A DNA stretch of 63,107 nucleotides, counting the filler, from Choristocarpus tenellus KU-1152 (Eukaryota > Protista > Phaeophyceae), in assembly GCA_964200185.2 (NCBI GenBank). It is 11 parts of 11 records of this genome, joined end to end, with 100 filler letters (N's around TTAATTAATTAA, not from the genome) between each part and the next. Parts side by side here need not be neighbours in the genome. Positions count along the whole stretch, not along the records: positions 11,592 to 25,651 come from CAXNAD020001288.1; positions 25,752 to 30,954 come from CAXNAD020011520.1; positions 31,055 to 33,891 come from CAXNAD020024312.1; positions 33,992 to 38,561 come from CAXNAD020013973.1; 7 more parts are not named here. One strand, 5' to 3'. Positions 23,731 through 36,712 of this stretch are shown here, piece by piece; position 1 is the stretch's first letter, and each line of letters starts with the position of its first letter. Position numbers and translations under genes: made by a program. The notes beneath the pieces are model-generated. The model had not been told where the DNA came from, made no database searches, and was given only the letters and a program-made list of their open reading frames with translations.

Positions 23731-25453
23731 CATGATCAGTGTGTCCCCGTTCACAGAAACCTATCCAATGGAGGAGGGAATTGTGGTGGTGGAAGTGGAG
23801 CTTCAGATAATGAGCCTGGTGGAGTGTCCACATCATAACAACCATACATGTACGAGCTCTATTCCAAGACAGGTACTGCCCCCCAGATACAGGGGAAAGG
23901 GCTACTCCTGGATATGGCCTTCTTCTCCCTGCTGAATTGAGTCAAAGTAAATGATAGGTACCCAGCATTTTAAGGATGCTGACAAATATATATATGTGTG
24001 CAAAATCCGGCTTTTGCTACAAATATGTTTAGGACATTTTCTGAATTCCGTCAAGTTTCAAAATAAAAGAGAAATCAAAACTCAAAAACTAATTGGCACT
24101 CCTTCTATAGAAATATGGGTGAATTGCAAAAAGAGTGAAAAACAGACTCAAAATTCAAAACTGCCAAAACCTTGGTAAATCTCGTTTACTTTGGCTCATT
24201 ACAAGGCGGGCAGCCACATCCTTCGCTCATGAAACAATAATGGTGTCACTGTTTCTGCAGTAGAAGAGGTATGTAAGCGTAACCACTGCCAGGGATCTCT
24301 TTACCCCCCTCGTAGCATTTTTTTCTCTCACTACCCTCACCGTAGAAACCTTTGACCCTCTTGGCACACAGCCAAGAAGAGGTATTTCTGGATCAGTTAG
24401 CCACTCACATCATAATTTCTGCACAAAGAAAGTTGGACTATATCACGTTGAGGACGGATTATTCCAGTTTCTGCTCAACAGGTCATCACCATAAGAGTTT
24501 TGCGTAGTAAATAGAGATGCCAGGTCGATGGGCTTGAGGAGGCTTGACAGCTTCATGGGACTCTTCCCGTAATTCTTGCCCGCCTTTATAGAGTCATCTT
24601 AGGAGTGTTGCTTTTTGTTGTTTTTTTCTTGTCCATTGTTATTCGTACAATACCTCTGTAGTTGGTGTATCTGATATAGTAGTCCTCGATGTGGTTCTGT
24701 TCTATTCCTTACATTGGTTTTTACCTCTTCTCCTGTCTATACTGTGTGGATGTGTTTCGGTTTGTTGCTTTGCCTTCTCCCCTGTACATTTCTTATTTTT
24801 CCTACAGAAGAACCATTATAGCATGTCACTACTCATAGTAATCGTCAGAGGGCATAATAGAATCGTATAAAATGGTACGTACCTTACAGTAGGAGTACAA
24901 TTTTAAGGCACTGTTGTTGTGTCAACACAAAAATACATACCGTATATCTTGTTAGGATAAGGTCTCATCAACGTATGATGAGTCGCCAATTCGGACCGAT
25001 ATGGACGAAGTGATGCTTTTTTTAGAAATTAGAAACAAAGAAAGATAAAATATGTTGAACATAGCTGATACTACCATAACAACCCGAGAACCCAAAAGTA
25101 GTAGGATCTAGAAATTACTATATTGTGACGATATGCCACATTTTACTTATATTAACAGTGCTACTGAACGAGTATGTCGTGTCAAATATGCCCGGATATT
25201 CAATGTATCAACAAATGTTGATATTAGCTCTGATACATACAAATTGAGAGACGAACAGGGTAAATATTGCGGGATATCAGTATGCCACATACGGCTAATC
25301 CTCCCAACATTCTCCATAAGAGCAAGTAGACAGATAAAACAGTGACACAAGGAATTACTGGGTATTATTACATCTAATCTAGTAATACTTATGTTACCAA
25401 CTGAGAACGTGACATAAAATATAAACAGATCAACCTTGGTTGTAGGACATTTT

Positions 25454-25628
25454 GTCTCAAAGTATCTGGGGGGGGGGTGGTGGCTGTCCATTTGGGTTCA
25501 TTTTTTTCATGTCACGACCTTTGTGTGATTTGGTTGCATACATCGGATGGACAATGTAAGTGCACTTTGCTGGTTATGCCCCAAATGGACATCCTGGTGT
25601 AGACCCCCCCCCCCCCGCGATCCTTTTG
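25454..25628. mobile_element. MITE family B copy
   Basis: Colinear with 1423-1601 (gtgatttggttgcatac, aatgtaa, caaatggaca blocks). Confidence 0.75.
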
Positions 25629-25789
25629 TACTTATTAGTTGTTTAAATTTCNNNNNNNNNNNNNNNNNNNNNNNNNNNNNNNNNNNNNNNNNNNNTTAAT
25701 TAATTAANNNNNNNNNNNNNNNNNNNNNNNNNNNNNNNNNNNNNNNNNNNNCCCTCACAAACCACCCCCACCCCCCCAGATACTTTGAC

Positions 25790-26900
25790 CCTCCCACGTC
25801 TCCCTTCAGTTGCTCGATGGTATGAAAGAATCCCAGGTCATTGACATTGAGGTCAGGTGAGTTGGTTGACTGAGTCTCTATGACAACATCGTCCCCTGCC
25901 GCCTCCTTGATTGCCTCCATGATCCCCCCCTTGGTGTGTAACTATGCCCCGTCCTTCTACCAAAAAGATAGTTTATCCTTCCAGTCTAGGCATGTGGGCG
26001 GGCCTTTTTTTCCGGGATGACATCTTTGATCATGAGCTTCTTAGACTTCTCCCCGTCCACCGCGACTTGCGCAAGCACCTTGGTGCCCTTGGGGGGGTGT
26101 TGCTAGAGCGCTGAGTGACATTAGTGCCTACAATTGGTCCGATCCCGACTTTCCTGTTGAACCACACCCTGTTCGAGGGCTCCCTAGAGTGGACCACAAC
26201 TGCAAGGAACATCGCTTTCATAATATAACACTTATTCTGTGGCTGTGAGAATTTGGGGGGTTCCTCAGTTGGGTGCACGTACATGCATCTTGCCCATCTT
26301 TGAAAATATAAAACCACATCTTATCTACATACACCCAGTCAAATAGATCTTCCACTGATATCCACTTCCTCCCCTCCTGTCCATGTGACTGAAGGCCAAA
26401 CTCACCCTGTTGACTTTCTGCTGATCTGAGAGGACTTGCTTAATCTACCACTTGACCTTTTCACCTTCTACCACTTCCACAGATTCCACAATGAGAAATT
26501 CCAGCGTTGACCTCTCATTTGTGGAAGGATGTTTGACGTATCAATGGGTCAACCCATGTCTTGAGAATACTTGTACAGCTGCCACATCCCCTCACTCATC
26601 TGAGTGTTGCACCCTCTCACCTCCAGGCATCGTGCCATCACACAGTTCCTTGTTGGGATGTTCAAGTCTGGACTCTGGGCAGACTTCTGGGCAGAAGAAT
26701 TGGGACCAATAGGTGACGACGGGTGGAGCAAGCCACTTGAACGATGGGATACCTTTGTCCTAGGCATTCCAGTAACACTCGCTTCGACAGTTTCACAAGG
26801 TTTTGGAACTCCTTCAAACACGACTTGGTCGACTTTGCATTGGTGAGCCTCCATAGTAATGACAGCCCACCATCTCAAACTGCACGTCTCCCACTCTATA
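25790..26900 (-). mobile_element. Mariner-like (DD39D / plant-mariner type) transposase pseudogene
   Basis: FDWVYVDKMWFY (~26340-26305), KAMFLAVV...WFNRKVGIGP (26030-26317) and QSTNSPDLNVNDLGFF (25696-25920) are characteristic DD39D transposase motifs; frameshifted. Confidence 0.85.
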
Positions 26901-27604
26901 TGAGAACTAAGTCTTGCCAAGAGGATATCACGTGGGCTGTTCCAGGGCGAGAACAGAGCTTGCAATATTTATGTTACATTTAATTCCAAAAGGAGGAACT
27001 ATACAACTCATCCCCTACAATGAATTCGATCAAACTGACTTCACCTCTATGGAGGTTGCGCTTTCATTGATCAGTTCAAATGCCACACTCAAATATTTTG
27101 TTGGTTGGGGAATTGTTTTGGTGACAAAGGAAAACAAAAATAAATAGTGTAGCTCGCTGACATGTGAAGGAGGGCACAGAAAGTTCCTATCGCAGGTTCT
27201 ATTCTGCTGTTTTTTTAAGATTCTCTGACTGAAAAATTGGGGTGCTGAATCTGGCTCGATTCTGCCACGGATGCCAGGCAGGTAACAATGTTAAAATCTT
27301 GTTTGGATTCCGTCACAATTGCCACATTAATACAAAATTGAAACTCATTTCAGAGCGATTTAATAGCTTTGGTGTTCTCCACATTGACAACAATATCAAC
27401 AGTATAAAGAATACAATATTTGTACCATCAACTCAACGACAACTCTGTTTTAACCATATAGTGTAGAGATTGTGGAGAATATGAGCATGAGCAATATCAC
27501 ATATTGTTGAGCTCTATTTGTACTTCGTAGTTAGAAAATTTGGTGGAATCTGACATGGTGTACTGCCCATACACTCCAGTCTAAGACATACAATACGACA
27601 CTGT

Positions 27605-27710
27605 GAGCCGAAGTATCTTAGAGGGTAGGAGCGCGTCCATTTGGGAGCCAAAATCCAATGATGCAATTTTGATGAAATTTTGGTTTTCCTGTTTGTCAGG
27701 AAGTCTCAGA
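27605..27710 (+). mobile_element. MITE family A, left-end fragment
   Basis: gagccgaagtatcttagagggtaggagcgcgtccatttgg... Confidence 0.75.
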
Positions 27711-28621
27711 AAAAAAGTTGAACTAGAGATGGGGGAGGGTTGCAAACATTTGCTGGTTCGTGTCTAGCGGAGCAAAAAAATATAAAAATTTAACTCTTAA
27801 ATGACCAATATGGTATCACTACAAATCTCGGAAAACATAAGACTCAACTCTATGTTTTGTCCAAACACAGGAGAAAAAGCCATACAAAAAAACAATATAG
27901 TGTCCCAATTACTCAACCTATATATATACAAAAGCGTGAAATGCATGTAACCCTCCAGCACAAAACATATACTCCTAATTTAACATTTAGTGAGTAGTTA
28001 TTTACAGCACAGAGTGTTCACATAGTGGAATGAAAATGCAATGCTGTCCAAGATGTGCATATGCTTGGGCAAGGGGGGAGCTTTGGATAGTCAGTTCTAT
28101 CATTGTATACACCTGAGATAAGAAGTCTCTGAGAATTAAGCTCTTCCACACACACATAATCTCATGTGGAACAGATAAGTAGTGCGACTGTCAAGCTCAA
28201 AATGCAGTATATTCATGAAGAACAAGTTTGAGAGATGCACAGGTAATAATGATACTTGTAATTTTCTCTGCAGGTGGCCCTACGAACCCAGACAGGTTAC
28301 TGTACCTCGTTCATCACAGGAGGTAGAGCTCATGCTTCTCTATCTCTACATATTCTTTGATGAACCCCTAAAATATATGTTTGCTTCCCAAAAATGTGCT
28401 TATTTGCAAGCAGAAGTAAGTAATCTGTTGCATAGATAAAGTCCACTAGGGTAGACGGAAAGTTCTGCAGTATGTAACTTTGTCATAAGGAGTACTTCAA
28501 TAGTCCTTGACTTCCCAGAGCTGCACAATGTATTTTTGTTAGAATATGAGATCTAGAGCTGAGCAGGAGATTGAGGTGGTGATAGTGAGTGTAAATCTGT
28601 TGCACTGTACATGATACTCAC

Positions 28622-30748
28622 CTGAAGGTCGGAAAGCCAGAGTGGCAAAGATCGAGTAGAGGGGTAGGACAGCTTTTCCCAGGCATTTGGTACCTGTCAT
28701 TACCACAAGGAACACATGTTGGATGGTACCAGACGACACTAATGATAAAATATATATTAGGACATGTTGGATTGGAGGAAGACATTTCTACATGCCGTTC
28801 TCGCAACTTGGTAAGAGATGCAGTACAGTTTTCTTTGTACAATATGGAGGGTGAAGCCATAGCATATCAATTCACCTTATCGTTGGTCATGGACAACTGC
28901 AGCTCTTCCAATTGCTCCGTCATTGTGAGGTCACCCTGATGGTGTATATATAGAAAGTGATGCAAGTTAGAGGGATACAGTAAGCTGTGCGGATACCAAG
29001 AAATGGAGAAGGAGGAAAGTAAGATAGAGTTTCAACAATCCTTACAGCCTTTGTGTCATTAAATGTGATAAAAAAAACAATGGGAAGAGCCAAAGTATCT
29101 TAGAGGGTAGGGCCGCGTCCATTTGGGGCCCAAAATCCAATGCTGCAAATTTTATTGAAATTTTTGGTATCGTGTTTGTCAGGAATTGTCAATATCTTTG
29201 TTCCAGACACACCTTTTTCATAAGGTGTACATTTTACCTACTCGGAGGATTTTTTGGAGTAGGAAAATGTCATTAAAAACCTGTGGGCAGCCAAGCTCCA
29301 AATGGACAAACAGGGCAAAACTCGTACCCTCTAAGGTACTTTCACTCGGAAGCCAAGCCCTAAACGGATAAACGGGGCAAAAGGTGTACCCTCTAAGATA
29401 TCTTCGCTCCTTGTACGTATGGGATACCCTACCTCCCCCTGGCTGAATTTTGTCTTATTCCAACTATTAGAGCTTCAGCATATACTCATGTAGACTTTGA
29501 ACCTGTTCCACACTATGTGAAACTTTGCAATTCATGTAAATAGAAGTCTCAAACCTGAGGACATATGGTTGTGGGACACAAAGCGAGTGGCAAGGGCTGG
29601 AGACAGACAGTAGGATCTATTGTTCTGACTACCTTGAATGCGAGGCAGAGCTCCACCAGTGTCCGCGTCATCTCTGTGATAAGGTGGTTCATACGCTCAC
29701 ATTCCTGAATAGATCAGTTGAACGGGTTGAATGGGCTAGCTCATCTGAGGAGAGTCTTTAACAGATGGTAGTGCAGTAGCTGCAATGCGATGGACTGGAT
29801 AGGAAGCTGTTATACACAAGTGGCGATGGATCTGTGGACAATTGCCAGCTGCATAAGACTTCTTCCAGCTGAACGATAGACATACTCTTCTTAGCTGTTG
29901 GAAAGGAAATTCAGGACCTCCTGCTTCCAATGCTTCGTATATCAATATTGATCTGTAACATGCACGCACTGCACAAGGTACTGTGGTACTGGGTTCTAAA
30001 TTGGCCATTGCTGCTTTTAATTGTCGTGGGTATAAACCATCAAATTATATTGTTAACAAGGGCAATAACACATTGTTCTTACAATTTTTTCATCAAGTGT
30101 CTATGTTCAGCTCATATACTCCAAGTTCGCTGTCATTACTACCTGAGACTGTTACTGTACTGGGTACTTGAGGAAAAAGCTTATCAAATTCAGCTTCGAA
30201 GCTGCTCTGAGAAACTCCTTACTTGTTGCCTACCTGCACAAGTATATTCTCGTATGGCCCAAGCTCATTGTCACAAGCTGCCACCAAAGCTTCAAGATCA
30301 AACTTGTTTTCTCGGAAGACCTTGTGATGGAGAATGGGAGGGGATTTCTTGAGATCCTAAGTTTGACTCGAGAAGGTTGATTTCTCAATTATTTGATTTT
30401 TTTTTATGGAATTCAGGAATTTTTTAGTAAGTATTTGTAAAATATGACTAGTTTTGCAGATACTTGGTTAGTATCCTTGAAATGGAACTATGGGTTTCTC
30501 TTGTTTACTTTGACTCTGCAAGACTGCAATATGTAAAGCCCTACAAATTTCCCATCACAGTTTGACCTGCTCTTTACTTTGGATTGACTGAGTGGTAAAC
30601 ACTTAGGCCTTACTATGTTGATCACCTCAAGAATCTCCTGGCTTGTCTGCTCAACGAAATTCAATTCCCCGTTGATGGCACCCTCGCCAGATGGGCCGTC
30701 CCTGGGTGAAAGCTGAAGAATGGTTCCAAGAAGTTGCTTAGAATTTTC
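28622..30748 (-). CDS. Axonemal dynein heavy chain (outer-arm beta-like), partial C-terminal region; exons 30626-30748, 30234-30320, 29633-29704, 28876-28935, 28622-28693
   Basis: Five phase-0 AG/GT exons join to ENSKQLLGTILQLSPRDG...QEILE VFRENKFDLEALVAACDNELGPYENILVQ ECERMNHLITEMTRTLVELCLAFK GDLTMTEQLEELQLSMTNDK VPNAWEKLSYPSTRSLPLWLSDLQ. QECERMN, KG(D/E)LTM and VPxxWxxxxYPSxRxLxxW are dynein heavy-chain C-terminal motifs. The upstream part is cut by the contig end; no downstream exon was recognised. Confidence 0.92.
29087..29409 (+). mobile_element. MITE family A copy (29087-29347, GGAA TSD) nested in an older partial copy, in a dynein intron
   Basis: ggaa|gagccaaagtatcttagaggg...tactttcactc|ggaa, followed by a second right end to 29409. 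Confidence 0.85.
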
Positions 30749-31099
30749 CTGAGGAAAGCCAGAGAAGGTGAGCAAATTTTAGGACCATTGTCAGTTTCAC
30801 ACTACATCGTAGATATGAGATGCAATGAGCACCTAATGTCTACATTAATCAATTGCAGAGGCCCAGAGTATCTCGGGGGGGGGGAGGGGGGGGGGGGGGC
30901 TGCGCCAGGGGGTCCATTTGCCCCCAAATACGGAAAAGGGTATTTACATTATCANNNNNNNNNNNNNNNNNNNNNNNNNNNNNNNNNNNNNNNNNNNNTT
31001 AATTAATTAANNNNNNNNNNNNNNNNNNNNNNNNNNNNNNNNNNNNNNNNNNNNGTCCCCCAGAGTGCTCAAGACACATGTATCACAAGGAAGCCATAG

Positions 31100-31560
31100 G
31101 TGCCTTAAAAACTCAGCAACACCCCCCTCTTAGATGGTATTACCGGGTTCTCTCCATAGTGATCCGTTTCAGGTGTTGGTAGAACCCATCCCGATCCCCG
31201 CAGTGAATGAGATCTTCCATCTTCCTTGCATCAAGTGTCAAGGAACTCTTAAAATGTGGATGCCCTTGCCTGTTTGAGCTGATTTCGAGCCACCTTCAAT
31301 GCCTGTCTGAAGGAGGTGCTTTGGGGATCTTTGCGCTGTTCCTGCCACACTCCCTCTCACTCATCCAAGGCCGCCAAGACACCCCCTTGGGCTTGGTCAC
31401 TTCACACCACCCTACTGACAACACTGTCCATGTGGAGGGTAGCAGAACTTTGAAGAGGCTTCAAACAAGTGGGCTGCATAAGGTTGCCATAGTGTTGACA
31501 TCTAGGACTCCATACATCGTGTCATCGCTTGTCCCTGCCTCCTCTGACAATATTTTAGCT
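31100..31560 (-). mobile_element. LINE (RTE-like) ORF2 remnant
   Basis: Minus-strand RKMEDLIHCGDRDGFYQHLKR resembles the endonuclease-RT linker of RTE-type LINEs; heavily decayed. Confidence 0.4.
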
Positions 31561-34299
31561 AGCTCATGCGATTAAACTTGAAATAGTTTATCTACAAAAG
31601 GCTGAGTAAACTCAAAATACCAGTACCCTCTTTCCTTTGGTCCCTTTTATTAATCCAAAGTACCAATTAATTCAAGCTGGTTTGGGTGTTGGTTTATCAC
31701 AGTGAAAGCAACTATATCCAGAGTAGATGGATTATCACATACTCAGTACATAGTGAAAAGAACCAACACGGCAGATGAAAAATATTTGGGAATATATTTT
31801 GATTGTTAGCATAAAGAAATATGGTCCTCTTTTCTCCCAGGCATACCATACAACCCCCCCCCCTGTGCCTTTTCTTTCGGTTATTCTCCAACACTGTAAC
31901 TTCTAAAGTGTTGGATGTTCCTTTTCTTTTTCCCCCAACACAGTCTCCAGGCTTACCCTGGTATAACCCCCTTGCACATAACACATAGCCCTCCCCTGTG
32001 CCTTTCCTCACTGATCAACCACCTACTGCCTAAGTTGCAGATGTTCACCTTCCATTTATCTCACAGGACAATCCCCAAGGGTTTACCCAAGCACACACCC
32101 CCAATGTTCCTTTCCTCCTCGTATGCTAGAGTAATTCTTCTCTTTTCCCCTGGCGAAGTCCTCCCCTGATACCCACACAGGCAGCGCGCCCGGCAGTAAC
32201 CCACCCTGACCATATAAAGTCGACAGTAGCCCATTACGGTTGTTGCAAATGAGATACAGGAGTACTTAACAGAACCATCACTCCACCGCATTTTAGTAAC
32301 AATTTCGCGGGTGTGCGTGCAATTCTCTTGATTACCGTATTTCTGTCAGCAAACGTTAAGAAATTATCGCAAGGTGAGGTGCTGGAACTAAACAAAAATA
32401 TGGATGCTGCGAAGAACAAGCGGGAAAGAAGAAAGAGCACCTTCCATAGAAAGTCGGCGGTATCCTAGTACAGCTTTAGCATGTTAGACCCTGATATATT
32501 CAACAGAATTATTTTCGGTCGATACTAAAGTCACATGTTTGCGTGAGTGCACGTAATTCTGTTGAAAAACAGCGATGAAATTATTTGAAAGGTGAGGTGT
32601 TGGGACCAAGCACACAAGAGGATGTGGTTGCAAGGGACACCCAGAAAACAAAGAAAGCATCTTCGACACACTTTCGTCCAGGTATACAACAACACGCAAG
32701 GAGGGCAGGCATACTCCCACCTCGGTACCATGGATATCGCAGCCCGATTCGAGTGGCAGGAAGAAGGTTGCAAAAGTCATTTTCATTGGGACGACTGCCT
32801 TCAAATCCACTCTCAGGCGTGTCTTGACGGACCTCATTCCAATGGGAACAATGGTACGAAGAGTGGGGCAAACAGTCCCAGACTTAAAACGAAAATTGGT
32901 CAATCAGGGCAGTGAAAGTCAACCCAACATTCTTCACTCATACCAAACCCTAACCCCAAACATTGCTCACCGTCGTGCGATAGAGTGCGCGACAAATACA
33001 ACAAACTGCCTCTATTTGGGAGGATATGATTGCATTATGATATACTTTTAAGACACAAAATTCATTCGACATTCTCGAATTGATTTATGCGTCGAAAAAA
33101 AAAACATTGTGAAAGATGGTACTCATTACAATAAATATCTTAGACATCGTTTCCTTAAAAGAGATGGAAGAGAAAGGAAAGAAAGATTGAGTGAAACATT
33201 CAGAGTATAGATGTGAGATCTTCTTTGCATACGGTCACAAAATCAGATACTAACGAAAAGATACTAACGAAAAGCCAGAGATTGTTTAATTCCAAAACTC
33301 TCGGATTTGTTACTGTCTAATGTAGAATGAAATCAAGAGACCTCCACCCTTTCCTACAGTGTTAAGAGTTGCCTACTATATCAACTTATCAACTTTTATG
33401 GTGGCATAACTTTTGACCATCAACAAATATTTTCATCAAAATTCGTTTGTTGGAATCGCACCAGCATGCTTAACCTAATTTGATGGGTCTGGGTTGACTA
33501 ATTTATAGTAATCGTGAGGAATACAGGACCATACTTAAATCAAGTAGTCCGCGCGCGCGGTTCGCATAGGGAGTGCCACGAGGCGCGCGTGAACCGGGCA
33601 ATATAGGATGGCTTTGACACCTGAAGAGGTGTCTTCACCCAAAGAACATGGGCATTGTTGTCTCTCCATTCTCTTTCCATTGTTTCCCGCTTATGTGATG
33701 TTGTCACCTGCTGGCTAAGGCTCACTCATAAAGGCCCAGGCCTTTGAACCAGACAATCCATGCCAAGTCAAATGAGGTATTCTGAAGGTGCAGGCCTTCT
33801 GTGATACTTAAATGTCTTGTACACCCTGTCCAATTTGACGCACCCCATGCCTTTCTCTTTGGAATATATCAGGTGGTAAGCAATTCTCAACNNNNNNNNN
33901 NNNNNNNNNNNNNNNNNNNNNNNNNNNNNNNNNNNTTAATTAATTAANNNNNNNNNNNNNNNNNNNNNNNNNNNNNNNNNNNNNNNNNNNNGGGGAGGAA
34001 GGGGTTGGGCGGGGAGGGAAACGCTTAGGGCCGGAAAAACCCCCCCCCCCCCCCCCATAGGTTGACTGCGAGGAGAGAGTGTTTCACATGGGACTGTCCT
34101 CTTTGAGTGGTGCCGCACACGGTGTGTAAATGTTCCTGCAGGGTCCTAATCCTGGCTTCCTTTGGGATGAACTTTCCAGTATACTATGAAGGTCTTCTGG
34201 CTGATAGAGATAGTGCATGGATCATAGCAGAGTACTTACGGAGAGTTGTGTTACCAAGAGAGTAATCTCCCTAATGACATATTGTTAATCTACTTTCAT

Positions 34300-35000
34300 G
34301 AAAGTTACATTCACTTCTTGTTCAAACCTTCCCACACACGGTGCTGTGGTCCAAAGAATCTTAAGCCGACTTCAACAAAGAATGTGCTCGGCAGCAGTCT
34401 AGGTGCTGCCAATGCCTAGTCACATGGGGCACATGAGCTCATGACTGCATTACTTGGTTTCAGAGAAGAAATCGTGGGATTGTGTATGTACCGACATTTT
34501 CAAGGCAGCAGTCATGTGTTAAGCGATCATCTCGCAGCTCAGCCCCCCTGAAGGTCTAATCTTTCTTTGTTCCATGGTTATGATGATAACAAGGTTCGAG
34601 GTGTGAAGCAAGTATCAAAGAGTTCAACTATAACTGGCTCTATTGATTTATGGATCCATGTTTGGCAGGCCCCGACGACTTCAGGTGCTAGACAAGTTGT
34701 TTCCTTACGATGCCACGGTGGGTGTGTCCTTGTTTTGCAACTGTATCAATTCCAGACATATCCTATACTCCTGCACTCTCGTTCAATTTACTCAGAGGTG
34801 CCAAGATAACAGTGCTGGTGTATCAGTCATGGAGGGGAAAAATATGAAACAGTGAAAATGAGGTGAAGGGAATGCCTGTTTGGGGTGTGCCTGATTCATC
34901 TCAACTAGGTTGCAAAAGATTACCTCCGCGGGATGTATAGCTCCAAGCCATAGGGCTATGGATGGCGCTGATGCTTGTACATGACTCCTGGGGTACTCCC
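34300..35000 (+). mobile_element. Highly decayed copia-like remnant
   Basis: DISYTPALSFNLL (~34755-34795) resembles the copia LxxVLYVPxLxxNLLS motif and LVHDSWG (~34975) resembles LVHxDxxGP. Weak. Confidence 0.35.
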
Positions 35001-35313
35001 CCAGTCAAAAGGTCCAACGAGAATGATTAATATCAGGTCAGCAGATAAATATACTCTTCTGAATCAATAACCACATGTGTAAGAATACTTACCAGATAAA
35101 GAAAAGTGAGATGCATTTATCTCTTTTTTCATCTACCGTTTATTTGTTCTGGTTTACGGACGTTGAAATACATATGAAAACCGTTGCATAGATTCCCAAG
35201 GTACAGATCTTACTCTGCAATTTTTCGCATATCGAAGCTGTCCCTTTTGGGGGGTTCCACACGTGCATACACAGCTTGCGCTGATTAGAACGCGGGAAGA
35301 AATTCTTGTACTA

Positions 35314-36712
35314 AAGTGGTACCAATAGCTTCGCGGTCTGTGGCAATTTTTTTTTCAGTGTCTTGCCATGAGAGGTATGCAACAATATCCAATCAAAGCT
35401 TATACCAAGAGGGGTTGACGATTTGAATGGAGGAATGTACTAACTCCAGCGAGTGGGAACTATATCCCGATCAAAGAATGCCAAAAACTCCGGGGAATAA
35501 CTCTGGCGCAATTTTGATGGTCACAACAACACAGCAATGTGGACCACATCCGTTAGAAAAGGAGAGCTGCCGAGGCCACTCTTCCCCCTCGATCTACCCT
35601 TGGCACCTTCTCTGTCGAGAGGTGACAAAAAAACAAGCACCGTGTGACAGTCGGTGCGATGTTAGGCAACAAGAAAGTGCGTGGACTTCGGCGCAGCAGG
35701 ATGATCAAATCGCGCAATGGACCACGCGGCCGCGACACTGACGCTGAGAGAAGATGCATGGAAAGCATTACCACACAAACATGGTTGGATCTTCAACCAT
35801 GTCGGAGCACTGCTCTGCAGTCTCTGCCACCTCGGGAAAGCAGGAAGAGAGCAGCGAGTCCATCATCAAGTGTGGTACAGTGACTTTAGTCTGTGGGGAA
35901 GCCTGGTCACAGCGGGTGAAGGGAGAACCAGAGTGGCCGACCGAAGGGGAGGTTGGGGAGGAGAGCAGTGCGACTGCGTGCCATTGCGCTCAGGAAACGC
36001 CTAAGTGAAAACCCGGGTGTAGAATATCTTAGTAGTCGACAGTTGCAGGAGGCCCTAGCTGTTTGGAAGCTATGTGAGCCAGAGTAGTTTAGGAAATGAG
36101 AAAGAAGGTGTTAGGGTTGGGCTACAAGGGCTCTGAAGCCCGAAAGAAGGTAACCCATTTCCGGCGCTCAACGAGGAAATGTGATAGTAAAGGCTCTAAA
36201 ACTGCGGATCCTGTACCTGTGTATGAACTACGAGAAAGACGGTGAAACGGCGCTCGAGATGGCAGCAGGATATGCGATGGTCAGGTCGGAAACTGTGAGT
36301 AAACGGGAGAGAGACTTCCTAACCAAGGGCCACATCAAGGTGCCGGAGCAAGGACGCGACGAGAGGCGTTTCGTTCTGGGCGTCGACGAGGACATCCTTG
36401 TCGAGGTCAAAGAGTGGGTGTGTGAACAGACAGGAAGAAAGGGTAGGGAGGCTTTTCCCCCATCTAAACCTTACACTTTAATGAAGTAATAGTATATCTG
36501 ATGCCACTCTTGGTGACCTACAATCCAGGGTTCGAACCTCAGTATGAGCGTTCTTTCTTCAAAAAAGGAAAAAAATGGCGAAAAAAAACGAAGCCCGTAT
36601 TCTGGAGGGCATTGTAACGGGCATCACAAATATGATTTTATTTTTTAATCCAATGTCTACATCAAACGTTATGACGGGACAACCCCAGACGCATAAGCTA
36701 TTGGTACCACTA
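35314..36712 (+). mobile_element. Non-autonomous Tc1/IS630-like DNA transposon, both ends present, TA flanks
   Basis: Left TA|aagtggtaccaatagctt, right aagctattggtaccacta|TA (inverted repeats). The internal ORF 36181-36489 (ALEMAAGYAMVRSETVSKRERDFLTKGHIKVPEQGR...DEDILVEVKEW) looks like a transposase HTH fragment. Confidence 0.75.

Noticed and set aside
27242-27480. Harbinger transposase remnant (VDGTNI...)
   Set aside because: A single short motif in stop-ridden sequence; insufficient.
28314-28367. In-phase alternative terminal exon for dynein (GFIKEYVEIEKHELYLL*)
   Set aside because: No similarity to the expected WLSGLFNPQSFLT-type continuation and a weak acceptor. The true next exon probably lies beyond the contig end.
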